A stretch of DNA of 64,000 nucleotides from NCBI GenBank assembly GCA_937928765.1, contig CALFVX010000015.1, positions 34,410 through 98,409 on the forward strand. Reading direction: 5' to 3'. Shown one piece after another: positions 52,237 through 62,623 of this stretch. Each line of letters starts with the position of its first letter. Within the stretch, counting starts at the first letter, position 1. The position numbers and the translations under genes are program-made. The notes below the pieces were generated by a model that was not told the origin of the DNA, ran no database searches, and was given only the letters and a program-made list of their open reading frames with translations. Source of the stretch: an uncultured Endomicrobiia bacterium. GTDB lineage: Bacteria > Elusimicrobiota > Endomicrobiia > DTEH01.

Positions 52237-53316
52237 TTATCTAATCTTCAAAGAAGCTAAAGCTATTATACTCAACAATATGCTTATTATCCAAAACCTT
52301 ACAGTAATTTTAGACTCATGATAGCCTTTTAACTCATAATGATGATGCAGTGGTGCCATAAGAAAAATTCTTTTTTTTGTCCTTTTATAATATACTACCT
52401 GCAAAATTACAGATAACGCTTCTATTACAAAAACTCCTCCTGTAATAATCAAAAGAAGCTCTTGTTTTATAAAAATTGCTATAATACCGACTAACCCTCC
52501 CAAAAATAAAGAACCTGTATCACCCATAAAAATCGTTGCAGGATAACAATTGTACCATAAAAATCCTAAACTAACACCTATTAAACAAGATAAAACTACA
52601 GTGAGTTCTCCTGCACCTGAAACATAAGGCAATTTCAAATAAGACGAAATTTTGTAATTACCTGACACATAACTTAATATTGCATAAGTGATACTTACAA
52701 AAATTATATTGCCAACAGCTAAACCATCTAAACCATCAGTAAGATTTATACCATTTGAGGCACCAGTAAATGTCAATATCACAACTATAAAATAAAACAA
52801 ACTTAAATTTATAAATGTATCTTTAAGATAAGGAATATGTAAAAAAGTTGAATATCTTGCATTACTCGGATTAACATATAGATAATAACTTAATGCTAAA
52901 GCAAAAATTAATTGAAACAATAATTTATATTTTGCTGGGACACCTTTTGGATGTTTTTTTATTATTTTTAAGTAATCGTCTAAAAGACCTAAAATACCTA
53001 AATATAAAATTGTAAACAAACACCAAACAACAAACCTGTTTAATCTTGCTGTTAAAATTATTGATACAAAGGCAACCAAAACAATTACAACACCTCCCAT
53101 GGTAGGCGTATTTTTTTTAATTAGGTGTGTTTTAGGACCATCTTCTCTTATCATTTGTACAAACTGTTTTTTCTTGATAAAATTTACAAAATATGGCATT
53201 ATTAAAATACATATCAAAAAACTTAAAATAAATCCTACAAAAGATCTAAATGTTATATACCTAAAAATATTAAAACCAAAAAATAAATTTGTTAGATTTG
53301 ATAGATAAAAAATCAT
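52237..53316 (-). CDS. mraY: Phospho-N-acetylmuramoyl-pentapeptide transferase
   Basis: TPTMGG, DDY.K, NLTDGLDGL, FMGDTGS, MAPLHHHYE. Confidence 0.97.
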   Translation of the reverse strand: MIFYLSNLTNLFFGFNIFRYITFRSFVGFILSFLICILIMPYFVNFIKKKQFVQMIREDGPKTHLIKKNTPTMGGVVIVLVAFVSIILTARLNRFVVWCLFTILYLGILGLLDDYLKIIKKHPKGVPAKYKLLFQLIFALALSYYLYVNPSNARYSTFLHIPYLKDTFINLSLFYFIVVILTFTGASNGINLTDGLDGLAVGNIIFVSITYAILSYVSGNYKISSYLKLPYVSGAGELTVVLSCLIGVSLGFLWYNCYPATIFMGDTGSLFLGGLVGIIAIFIKQELLLIITGGVFVIEALSVILQVVYYKRTKKRIFLMAPLHHHYELKGYHESKITVRFWIISILLSIIALASLKIR

Positions 53317-54779
53317 ATTTTTAACCCTCGAGATAAATCATTTTTACCTAATAAACAAAAATTTTTAATTCTTTGCACAATTTCATACAACCCAACACAA
53401 TGTGATGATTTGAATAACAAAACATAATTATTGTTCTTTTTAATTATCACTTCTATATCTTTAAAAAGTTTTTCTTTATCTTCTTTATAAAATTTTACTT
53501 TATTTATATTAATTTTCTTAATCTCATCATATAAAACTTCTATCTCTTTGCCTAACAAAAAAATTTTTTCTACTTCATTAAGATTTATAATTTCTAACAA
53601 ATTTCTGTGCTCCTGTTTTGAATGTCTTCCTAATTCTAGCATATCTCCTAAAACTAAAATTTTTTTTCTGTTCTTAAAAATTTTAAAAAATGTAATAATT
53701 GCATTTTTCATAGAATCCGGATTAGCATTATAACTTTCATCAATTATAATATTATCATTAACAACAAATTTTTCACCGCGCATACTTAAAGCAGAAAACT
53801 CTTCAATAGATTTAACTATTAAATCCAGCTCTTCAATACCGTTAAAAAATGATGTTGTAATACTTGCAAGAATATTGTATATATTATGTATACCTAGTAA
53901 ATTTGTTTTTAAAGAAATTTTCAACTTTGCAGCTAACCTGTCTTTTAAAACTAACATAATTCTGCCATATTCTTCAGTAAAAATAACATCTTCAGCATAA
54001 ACATCAACACTTGAATCTGCTAGACTGTAAAGTTTTTTGTTAATTTTTCCATTTATCTGTTTAAGATAGAAATCATCACGATTTATTATCACCATACTTT
54101 TTTGTGGATTTATATAATCTAAAACTCTTGTCTCTTCATAAAAAACTTTTTCTAAAGAATCAAAAAACTCTAAATGTTCTTTAGCTATATTTGTAAATAC
54201 AACAACATCAGGGTTAACAGTAGAGGCAAGAATATCCATCTCACCAGGTAAAGAAATACCCATCTCTACCACACAAAATTCTATCTTTCTATTTAAAGAT
54301 AATAAAGTATAAGCTACACCTAAAAGATTATTAAAATTTCCAACAGTAGCTAATGTTTTATATTTTTTAGACAAAATATGTCTTATTAATTCTTTTGTAG
54401 TTGTTTTACCATTACTACCAACTACAGAAATTACTTTTAAATTCTGAAAAAAGTTTCTATAAATATTTGCCAAACCATCCAACGCTTTCGTTGTATCTTC
54501 TACAATAATAAATTTATTTTTATATTTTGGTATAAAATAATTTTTATTAGATATTACAACAAAATCTATGTTTTTTATAATATTTTTAACAAATTCATGA
54601 CCATCAAAATTTTTACCCTTTAACGCAAAAAATATTCCGTTCTTACTATCATACTTTCTAGTGTCTGTGATGACTTTTCTTATATTATATACTTTTTTTC
54701 GTAAAGGATGCAATAACTTCGCAGATGTTTTTTCTAAAAATTTATTTATATTTATTGGTATATCTAAAACAAAATTCAT
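53313..54779 (-). CDS. murF: UDP-MurNAc-tripeptide--D-Ala-D-Ala ligase
   Basis: FDGH.F, GSNGKTTTKE, GNFNN, EMG, SYNANP.SM, GDMLELG. Confidence 0.94.
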   Translation of the reverse strand: MNFVLDIPININKFLEKTSAKLLHPLRKKVYNIRKVITDTRKYDSKNGIFFALKGKNFDGHEFVKNIIKNIDFVVISNKNYFIPKYKNKFIIVEDTTKALDGLANIYRNFFQNLKVISVVGSNGKTTTKELIRHILSKKYKTLATVGNFNNLLGVAYTLLSLNRKIEFCVVEMGISLPGEMDILASTVNPDVVVFTNIAKEHLEFFDSLEKVFYEETRVLDYINPQKSMVIINRDDFYLKQINGKINKKLYSLADSSVDVYAEDVIFTEEYGRIMLVLKDRLAAKLKISLKTNLLGIHNIYNILASITTSFFNGIEELDLIVKSIEEFSALSMRGEKFVVNDNIIIDESYNANPDSMKNAIITFFKIFKNRKKILVLGDMLELGRHSKQEHRNLLEIINLNEVEKIFLLGKEIEVLYDEIKKININKVKFYKEDKEKLFKDIEVIIKKNNNYVLLFKSSHCVGLYEIVQRIKNFCLLGKNDLSRGLKI

Positions 54780-56305
54780 TTTTTTATTCTAAAAAAATCA
54801 TTAATTATTTCTCTCTCATCAAAATGTATTTTTTCATCAGCTAAAATTTGATAATCTTCATGACCTTTACCTGCTAATAAAACAATATCTCCTTGTTGTG
54901 CTATACTTAAAGCTCTAAATATTGCCTCTTTTCTATCAACTATTATTTCATAATTTGTATTTTTAGATTTTTTTATCCCAACTTCTATATCAAGAATAAT
55001 TTTTTGTGGATCCTCACTTCTTGGATTATCAGATGTTACTATAACATAGTCACTTAAAGCTGTAGCTATAAAACCCATAATAGGCCTTTTGCTTCTGTCG
55101 CGGTCTCCTCCACAACCAAAAACTACTATTAACTTTCTGTGTGGCAATCTTTTTAATGTCAAAATTACTTTTTGTAGCGCATCTGGTGTATGAGCATAAT
55201 CTATTATAACATCATATCCTTGAGGTGTAGATATTCTTTCTAACCTTCCTTTAATATTTGTAACTTTTTTTATACCATCAACTATTTTTGAATCTTCTAT
55301 TGATTGCGAATATGCAACAACATATGAGGCTAAAATATTATATACATTAAACTCACCTATTAATTTAGACTCTATAAATACTTTTTCTCCATTTTTTTTT
55401 ATTTCAAACTGTGTTTTATCGTTAAAATATGTAATATTAACTGCTTTAAACTTATTTTTAGTATTATTAACTTTCCCATACAACAATACTTCTTTATCTT
55501 TAAGCATATCTACTAACTTCTTACCATATTCATCATCATAATTTATAACACAAACTTTCCTACCTAAATTATTGCCTTTAAATATTTCTTTTTTATCTTT
55601 ATTTAAATTTTTAAACAAAATACTTTTGGCCAAAAAATATTCATCCATATTCTTATGATAATCTAAATGTTCTGAAGATAAATTCGTAAACACAGCAACA
55701 TCAAACTCACATCCTAATACTCTAGCTTGATATAACGCATGAGAAGATACCTCCATTATAACAACCTCTACAGCAGAAACATACATTTCATACAACAATC
55801 TTTGTAAATCAGAAGCAAATGGGGTTGTATTCTTAGATTCGTATATTTTATCGTTAAACCTGTAGTTTATTGTTCCTATGACTGCTGGATTATATCCTGC
55901 TTCACGAAAAATTGACTCCAAAAGATAAGTAATTGTAGTTTTACCATTTGTTCCTGTAATACCTACTAACAACATTTTTTTAGAAGGATTTTCATAAAAA
56001 TTAGAAGAAAGTTTTGCTAACGCAACTCTTGTATCTTCTACTAAAATATATAATACATCATTATTCACATATTTTACTTCTTTATCTGCAACTATGCATA
56101 CGGCACCGTTTTTTATCGCTTCATCAATATAAAGAATTCCTTCTGTATGTTGTCCTGGTAAACATACAAAAATGTCGTAAGGCTTAATTTCTTTAGAATT
56201 ATACTTTATTGAATTAACATTCTTTTCTAAAAGTTTATGGTAATCTTCTGGATAAAATTTCAAAATTTTAATGTCATCTAATAAATCTTTAATTTTTTTT
56301 TGCAT
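54776..56305 (-). CDS. murE: UDP-MurNAc-L-Ala-D-Glu--meso-DAP ligase
   Basis: GTNGKTT, EVSSH, DYAHTPDAL, GCGGDRD, SDNPR (DAP-type), GKGHE. Confidence 0.96.
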   Translation of the reverse strand: MQKKIKDLLDDIKILKFYPEDYHKLLEKNVNSIKYNSKEIKPYDIFVCLPGQHTEGILYIDEAIKNGAVCIVADKEVKYVNNDVLYILVEDTRVALAKLSSNFYENPSKKMLLVGITGTNGKTTITYLLESIFREAGYNPAVIGTINYRFNDKIYESKNTTPFASDLQRLLYEMYVSAVEVVIMEVSSHALYQARVLGCEFDVAVFTNLSSEHLDYHKNMDEYFLAKSILFKNLNKDKKEIFKGNNLGRKVCVINYDDEYGKKLVDMLKDKEVLLYGKVNNTKNKFKAVNITYFNDKTQFEIKKNGEKVFIESKLIGEFNVYNILASYVVAYSQSIEDSKIVDGIKKVTNIKGRLERISTPQGYDVIIDYAHTPDALQKVILTLKRLPHRKLIVVFGCGGDRDRSKRPIMGFIATALSDYVIVTSDNPRSEDPQKIILDIEVGIKKSKNTNYEIIVDRKEAIFRALSIAQQGDIVLLAGKGHEDYQILADEKIHFDEREIINDFFRIKK

Positions 56306-57989
56306 ATTTTACTCCGGTATAATCTCCCAAAATTTCTAACACAACTTCTTTAAAAATTGGCACAGCAACTTCTGATGCTAAGGAACCTTTAGCAGGTTCG
56401 TCAACAAATATACCTACAACATATTTTGGACTTTCCATAGGAAAAAACCCGCAACAACTCATCATATATTTTGTTTTAGAATATATATTAATTTCAGAAT
56501 CAAACTTTTGTGCAGTACCAGTTTTTGCGCAAATTTTTGTATCTTTTAGATATGTAGCTTTAGCAGAACCATATTCTACTGTTTTGTACAACATTTCTTT
56601 TATTGTATCAGTTGTACTTTTAGACAAAATCTTCCTTATGACTTTTTTTTCCCCTTTGTAAATAACTTTTTCATCACCATCAATTATATATTTAACAATA
56701 TAGGGTTGTAATAACTCACCACCATTCGCTATCATACTATAGCCATTAACTAGTTGTAGTGGAGTTACAGAAATACCTTGACCAAAACTTACCATCAATG
56801 GTGTAACAACTGAATAACCTTTATCTTTTACTTTTGGAACATAACCACGCAATTCATATGGTAATTCTATTGCTGTCAATGCACCGAATCCAAATAAATT
56901 CAAATAATTAAAAAATCTATCTGGATTTGAATATTTTAAGTAGAGCTTTGCCATACCTATGTTAGATGAATATACTATAATTCCTTCTACATCAAGAGAT
57001 TTATGTGGTTTAACATCACGAATCTTAACTTTGTTATATTCAAAAATTCCATTCTCACAATCTACTACTGTATTTTTTTTAACAAGATTTTCTTCTAAAA
57101 ATACTGCTAAAGAAAAAACTTTGAATGTTGAACCAGGTTCATATAATACACTTGCAATTGGACTTTCAAAAGGTGTTTCTGTATATGGTAAAACATTTGC
57201 AGATAATATCTCTCCATTTACAGGATTTTGAACTAAACAAATGATTCTTTTAGGATTAAAAATATCAAAGTATTTTTTTAAAATTTTGTCTATTTTTTTC
57301 TGTAGTTCAACATCTATAGTTAAAACCAAAGAACAATTTTTTTCTTTCTCTGTTAATTTAATTGCATCATTTATATCTGTTAATCTAATTGAATATTTTT
57401 TACTTCCAGCTCCTTTATAAACAGTTATCTCTTTATTTTTTAACATAGAAAGAAAATTATCAAATTCTTTCTCAACACCAGAGTATGCCTTGCCTTCCTT
57501 ATCAATTTTCCCTGTGATATGATTTATTATTTTATCATATATATATATTCTTTTAGAAAAATTCTTAACTTCAATCCCAGGAATATTTTTTATTTTATTT
57601 ACTTCTTCTAAAGAAATTTCATCTAATAAACAGAAATATTTTTCTTTTTGGCATCTTTTTTTTATTTCTTCTTCAGATATATTACATAATGATGTTAAGA
57701 TACTAATATCTGCAGATGATTTATTTTGGCTATTAATGTAATTCAAAAATTCTTTAGAATAAACAAATACTGAAGAATACTCAATTGATGTTGCTAAAAG
57801 TTTATAATTTCTATCTAATATATCACCACGAGGAATATTAATTTCTAACTTATAAGATATCTGTTTATCAATATAAGAAATTAAATCTTTTTGTTTCCAA
57901 ATTTGAATATAAAAAATCCTAGCAATTAAAATTAATGGTAAAAAAAATATTATTGTTATTTTTATAATGTCAAATTCTTTTTTATTCAT
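56289..57989 (-). CDS. ftsI: Class B penicillin-binding protein (FtsI)
   Basis: RGDILDRN, EPGSTFK (SxxK), SSNIG (SxN), KTGTAQK; position in the dcw cluster. Confidence 0.9.
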   Translation of the reverse strand: MNKKEFDIIKITIIFFLPLILIARIFYIQIWKQKDLISYIDKQISYKLEINIPRGDILDRNYKLLATSIEYSSVFVYSKEFLNYINSQNKSSADISILTSLCNISEEEIKKRCQKEKYFCLLDEISLEEVNKIKNIPGIEVKNFSKRIYIYDKIINHITGKIDKEGKAYSGVEKEFDNFLSMLKNKEITVYKGAGSKKYSIRLTDINDAIKLTEKEKNCSLVLTIDVELQKKIDKILKKYFDIFNPKRIICLVQNPVNGEILSANVLPYTETPFESPIASVLYEPGSTFKVFSLAVFLEENLVKKNTVVDCENGIFEYNKVKIRDVKPHKSLDVEGIIVYSSNIGMAKLYLKYSNPDRFFNYLNLFGFGALTAIELPYELRGYVPKVKDKGYSVVTPLMVSFGQGISVTPLQLVNGYSMIANGGELLQPYIVKYIIDGDEKVIYKGEKKVIRKILSKSTTDTIKEMLYKTVEYGSAKATYLKDTKICAKTGTAQKFDSEINIYSKTKYMMSCCGFFPMESPKYVVGIFVDEPAKGSLASEVAVPIFKEVVLEILGDYTGVKYAKKN

Positions 57990-58267
57990 TAGTTATCAAT
58001 TCTTATAATATCATTCTCATTAATTGGAACAAAATTCAGTTCCTCAGCTAATTTTTTTAATCTATCTGTATCTTTTAATCTTTGTTTTTTTAAAGAAAGT
58101 TCCTTATTTTTATTTTCTAAAATCTTAATTTCATCATATAACGACTTAAGCTGGTTTTGATATTTAATAACAACAATCTGCTGTCTTAAATAAAAGATAA
58201 ATAATAAAATTAACAAAAAAGAATAAACAATAATTTTGGCTGAGTAGTATTCTTTTTTCTTTTTCAT
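57989..58267 (-). CDS. ftsL: Cell division protein FtsL-like
   Basis: Short N-terminus, single TM, coiled coil; lies between rsmH and ftsI. Confidence 0.75.
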   Translation of the reverse strand: MKKKKEYYSAKIIVYSFLLILLFIFYLRQQIVVIKYQNQLKSLYDEIKILENKNKELSLKKQRLKDTDRLKKLAEELNFVPINENDIIRIDN

Positions 58268-59169
58268 ATCTTTTCAACAACCCGAAGCTTTGCACTTCGC
58301 GATGATTTGTTAAATCTAATTTCTTCATCTGAAGCAACTACTGGTTTTTTTGTAATAATTTTAAAATCATTACGATTTTTAAATATGTTCTTTACAATCC
58401 TATCTTCTAAAGAATGATAACATACAGTTATAATTCTACCTGATAAAGATAACACATCCATGGCGTTTTTAACACCAACTTCTATGTTTTTAAGTTCATT
58501 ATTAACAAATATCCTTATTGCTTGAAAAATTTTTGTTGCTGGATGAAATTTTAGTTCTATCTTTTGTTTACTATTTTTTAAAAATAAATTTTTCTTCCTA
58601 CTATAAAGTATATTTCCTACAATTTCAGATAGCTGTTTGGCAGATTTTATCTCTTTGCTTTTTCTGTACTCAATAATTTTTTTCGCTATTAACCTACTAA
58701 ATTTTTCTTCACCATAAGAATAAAAAATATCTACTAGCTGTTGTTGAGGGAATTTATTAACTATATCATAAGCAGTAATGCTTGTAAAACTATCACTCAT
58801 TCTCATATCAAGTGTCTCATCATTAAAACTAAACCCACGACAAGATTTTATCTGTAAAGTTGATAACCCAAAATCAAATATTACAGCATCTACTTGGTTT
58901 ATTTTTAAATCTTTCAGTATTTTTTTTAAATTAACAAAATTATCTTTTACAACTACTAAATTCCCACTATTTAAAAAATTTTTAAGTTTTTCTTTAGAAT
59001 ACTCTATTGCTTGCTGGTCCCAATCAATACCTATAACTTTACATCCTTTAGAGATATTTAATATCTTTTCTGTATATCCTGCACAACCTAATGTAGCATC
59101 TACATAAATTTTATTTTCTTTTGGTTGCAAAAATTCTATAACTTTATCAACTAAAACTGGTATATGCAT
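58264..59169 (-). CDS. rsmH: 16S rRNA m4C1402 methyltransferase
   Basis: HIPVL, DATLG, RGFSF, LDMRM, YGEE, FQAIRI.VN.EL, HSLEDR.VK, RSAKLR. Confidence 0.96.
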   Translation of the reverse strand: MHIPVLVDKVIEFLQPKENKIYVDATLGCAGYTEKILNISKGCKVIGIDWDQQAIEYSKEKLKNFLNSGNLVVVKDNFVNLKKILKDLKINQVDAVIFDFGLSTLQIKSCRGFSFNDETLDMRMSDSFTSITAYDIVNKFPQQQLVDIFYSYGEEKFSRLIAKKIIEYRKSKEIKSAKQLSEIVGNILYSRKKNLFLKNSKQKIELKFHPATKIFQAIRIFVNNELKNIEVGVKNAMDVLSLSGRIITVCYHSLEDRIVKNIFKNRNDFKIITKKPVVASDEEIRFNKSSRSAKLRVVEKI

Positions 59170-59175
59170 TTAAAA

Positions 59176-59619
59176 TTATATATCAATTTGTGACTTAATC
59201 CTTTTTATAATTCTTGAAGTATTTTTATAATATTTTTTCCATTCCTTTTTTGACCATAATTCAAGTTTGTCTTTGTTGCCTACCAAAACTACTTCATTAT
59301 CTAAATGATATTTTTCTTTAAATTTCTTAGGAATTAATATTCTTCCTTGAATATCAATTTCTACAATTTCTGCTTCAGCAAAAAAATTTCTTAGAAAAGC
59401 ACGTTGATATGTCTTATTTTTTATTGAAATTGTTTCTATCTTTTTTACTGTTCTTTGCCACTGATTGTAAGAATATATCATTATACAATTATCAACTCCA
59501 CAAGTTAAAACATATCTTTTATCACTACCACGATATTTATTGGGTAGAAACAACCTATTTTTTTCGTCAATTGTATGGTAAGAAAAACCAGTGAAGATAA
59601 AACCTAAAGTTTTGCTCAT
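59176..59619 (-). CDS. mraZ: Transcriptional regulator MraZ
   Basis: IDEKNRL.LP and D.QGRILIP repeats; first gene of the dcw cluster. Confidence 0.93.
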   Translation of the reverse strand: MSKTLGFIFTGFSYHTIDEKNRLFLPNKYRGSDKRYVLTCGVDNCIMIYSYNQWQRTVKKIETISIKNKTYQRAFLRNFFAEAEIVEIDIQGRILIPKKFKEKYHLDNEVVLVGNKDKLELWSKKEWKKYYKNTSRIIKRIKSQIDI

Positions 59620-59641
59620 AAAAATCTGTTATTTTTAGCTT

Positions 59642-59671
59642 TTACTACTTTATACCACTTTATACCACTTT
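59642..59671 (-). promoter_or_regulatory. MraZ operator: three 10-bp-spaced boxes
   Basis: Minus strand AAAGTGGTAT-AAAGTGGTAT-AAAGTAGTAA upstream of mraZ, matching the known GTGG-repeat MraZ boxes. Confidence 0.85.
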
Positions 59672-59687
59672 ATTTTTGGTTTGTCAA
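59659..59687 (-). promoter_or_regulatory. sigma70 promoter of the dcw operon
   Basis: TTGACA (59687-59682), 17 bp, TATAAA (59664-59659) with a TG extended -10. Confidence 0.8.
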
Positions 59688-59696
59688 TAGGTGGGT

Positions 59697-60572
59697 TTAA
59701 CTAAATAAGTTTAAAATTTTTTTGACAAAATTTACATTTTCTTTATCTTTAGGTGAGATTTTGTCGAATCCTACTTCTTTAGGTGTTTCAAGAATTAATG
59801 GATATTTCTTAAAATATTTCAATATCAATTTAAATCCATCTTTGCCTATATTTCCTTTACCTATGTGATAATGTCTATCAATTCTACTGCCTAGTTCGTG
59901 CTTAGAGTCATTTAAATGAATTAATTTTAATTTTTCTATACCTATATATTTCTCAATTTCATCTATGATATTAACTATTATCTTTTCTTTTCTTAAATCA
60001 TACCCATATGAGAACGCATGTGCTGTGTCAATGCATAAACCTATATGTTCTTTATATTTGCTTAAATTTATAATCTTAGATAATTCTTCAAATGTTCTTC
60101 CTATTTTTCTACCATTGCCACATACATTTTCTAATAATAACATAAAACTTATATCACCAAATTTATCCTCAATATATTTAAAGCAATAATCTATACTTTT
60201 TACTATATTTCTTATACCTTCTTCTAAACTGCTACTTTCAGAATAACTTCCAGGATGCATAACAAGATATTCTGCAGAAAAAAGTTTCGTAAGTTCAAAT
60301 TCTAACAATAACAAATCTCTTGTTTTATAATAAATTTCCTTATTTGAACTCGCAGGATTTGGAAGATATGCCACATGTATAACTAAAGGTGAAAAATTAA
60401 ATTTCTTTCTTAGAAATTTAAACTCTTCAATCTCTTGTTTCTTAGGTAAACTAAATTTCCATATTCTTGGTGAATGTGTAAACATCTGTAAACAATTACA
60501 TCCAAGTTTTTTAGTTTCGTATAATACACCTTTATATCCTTTCCTTATCGAACAATGCACACCTATTTTCAT
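59697..60572 (-). CDS. nfo: Endonuclease IV
   Basis: G.H.S, H..YL.N, HPG, LLEN, C.DTAH, HLNDSK, DRH, ILETP. Confidence 0.94.
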   Translation of the reverse strand: MKIGVHCSIRKGYKGVLYETKKLGCNCLQMFTHSPRIWKFSLPKKQEIEEFKFLRKKFNFSPLVIHVAYLPNPASSNKEIYYKTRDLLLLEFELTKLFSAEYLVMHPGSYSESSSLEEGIRNIVKSIDYCFKYIEDKFGDISFMLLLENVCGNGRKIGRTFEELSKIINLSKYKEHIGLCIDTAHAFSYGYDLRKEKIIVNIIDEIEKYIGIEKLKLIHLNDSKHELGSRIDRHYHIGKGNIGKDGFKLILKYFKKYPLILETPKEVGFDKISPKDKENVNFVKKILNLFS

Positions 60573-62623
60573 ATTTTTTTCCTTTTATTAAAAAATTCTT
60601 GAACTGAAGAAAAATCTGTAGTTATCATACATCTTGGCAGAGATTTTAAAAAATATTTTCCATACCATCTTGTTTTTAACCTTGGATCTAATATACTTAT
60701 TATTCCCCAGTCAGTTTTTCTTCTTACTAATCTGCCAAATCCTTGTTTAAGTTTTATTATAGCATTGGGTAATAAATATTCTTTAAACGGATCTTTGCCC
60801 TCAAGTTTTATTTTTTCTACTTTTGCTTCAACTAAAGGATGTTCTGGAACATCAAACGGAAGTTTTGGAATAATTATAGAAATTAATTTTTCTCCAGGTA
60901 TGTCCACTCCTTGCCAAAAAGTATCTACACCAAATAATACACTGTTTTCTGTTGATTTATATTTTTCTATTAATTTATATTTCCCCTCAGTTTGAATAAA
61001 AATTTTAAATTTTGAATCTATATTTTCATAAACCCAATTCATTAATCCAAAACTTGTAAATAAAACAAAAGTATTTCCTGATGTAAGATTTATTAGTTCT
61101 TTTATAATTTTATTAATTAAAATTTTATACTCTTCATATTCTTCTTTAGGATTGGGAACATTATCAGGTAGATACAAAACTACATTTTTTTCAAAATCAA
61201 ATGGAAAATCTAAAATTAACTCCTCTACTAAACTTGATTCTGGTAAGATTACAGGCAACAATCCTACAGATTTTTTAAAAAATTCAAAATTATTATAAAC
61301 AGTTAAAGTAGCTGAAGTAAAAACAATCTTTTCATATAAAGAATATACTTTGGTTTGCATTTCATTTGCTACTTCTAAAGGTGTTATTCTTAAAGTTATT
61401 TTTAAGCTTTTTCTTTTTGTTTCTTCTTTTTCTATCCAATAAATATAATTTTTTATATCTTCACACTTTAACCATAAGGAAATTATAGAAATAAAACTAA
61501 TAATTCTTTTAATAAACACATTAATTCTAAAAAATTCCTCATCAGTAGAAACATAATTTCTTGCTGACTTTAAAATATTCAAAAGCTCAGCTAAAGCAGA
61601 AGTTAACACATCATCAACTATATTTGGTGTAAAAACCTTTATTTCTTTCCTATCAGATGGAATCTTTAAGTTTAGATCAACAAAAAATTGTTCCAAACAG
61701 GCAACTAAGTTTGATACAGCATCTTGAATATTTTTTATAATTTTATCTTGTAAGGATTTTAACCTAGTTATAAGCCCTCTTTGTTTTTTAGGATTATATA
61801 TTTGATTACATAAAAATTTTATTTGCGTATTTGAAACTTCAACACCTAACCACTGAAGAATTACATTTTGTAAATTATGTGCTTCATCAAATATAATTAT
61901 ATCTTCAGCATCTTTGTCATTCTTAGGTATTAATTTTCCTGAATAAAGAATATTAGCAAAAAATAGATGGTGATTAACTATGACAAAATCCATTTTTTTT
62001 ATTTTCTTTATATTTCTATAATAAAAACATTGGTCATAGAACTTGCAATGTTTACTTCTACAAAGGTCAACTTCACGATTAATCTCTTGCCAAAAAATTA
62101 AATCTATATCTAACTCTTCAAAACAACCTGTATCAGTATAATTTAACCATTCTTCTACTTTAGAAAGATTTATTAATTCATCTATACTCAAAAGTCCTTT
62201 TTTAAATTCAAAATATTTATTAAGACAAATATAATTTTCGCTTCCATAAAAACACATATATTTTATCTCATAATTATAAAGTTTTTGAGAAATTTTATTT
62301 AACAAAGGTAGATCTTTCTTTAGAAGTTGTTGTTGTAATGTTTTAGTATAAGTTGAAACAATTACTCTAATCTCATCCTTTTTTTCTTTCAGATACACCA
62401 ACGAAGCTACAAGATAACCTAAACTTTTTCCCACACCAGTTGGTGCTTCAACTATTATTCTTTTATTATTTAATAAACTATGATAAATTTTTTTTGCCAT
62501 TATAATTTGCTGTTCTCTAAATTCAAAGTCTGGTATTATTTCTTTTAATAAAAAAGAAAAAATTTGTGTTATAACATTTTCTGAAGAATCTTTTGATGAC
62601 GATAAGATTTTAGGAGAGTTCAT
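60569..62623 (-). CDS. DinG/YoaA-family Fe-S helicase
   Basis: EAPTGVGKS, NYIC plus C....C.....C (Fe-S), DEAH, TSATL, LFTS, FWQGVD, KLPF, QGFGRLVR. Confidence 0.93.
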   Translation of the reverse strand: MNSPKILSSSKDSSENVITQIFSFLLKEIIPDFEFREQQIIMAKKIYHSLLNNKRIIVEAPTGVGKSLGYLVASLVYLKEKKDEIRVIVSTYTKTLQQQLLKKDLPLLNKISQKLYNYEIKYMCFYGSENYICLNKYFEFKKGLLSIDELINLSKVEEWLNYTDTGCFEELDIDLIFWQEINREVDLCRSKHCKFYDQCFYYRNIKKIKKMDFVIVNHHLFFANILYSGKLIPKNDKDAEDIIIFDEAHNLQNVILQWLGVEVSNTQIKFLCNQIYNPKKQRGLITRLKSLQDKIIKNIQDAVSNLVACLEQFFVDLNLKIPSDRKEIKVFTPNIVDDVLTSALAELLNILKSARNYVSTDEEFFRINVFIKRIISFISIISLWLKCEDIKNYIYWIEKEETKRKSLKITLRITPLEVANEMQTKVYSLYEKIVFTSATLTVYNNFEFFKKSVGLLPVILPESSLVEELILDFPFDFEKNVVLYLPDNVPNPKEEYEEYKILINKIIKELINLTSGNTFVLFTSFGLMNWVYENIDSKFKIFIQTEGKYKLIEKYKSTENSVLFGVDTFWQGVDIPGEKLISIIIPKLPFDVPEHPLVEAKVEKIKLEGKDPFKEYLLPNAIIKLKQGFGRLVRRKTDWGIISILDPRLKTRWYGKYFLKSLPRCMITTDFSSVQEFFNKRKKI

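Noticed and set aside
59642..59671. 10-bp tandem repeat as a CRISPR or phase-variable repeat
   Set aside because: No spacers; fully explained as an MraZ operator.
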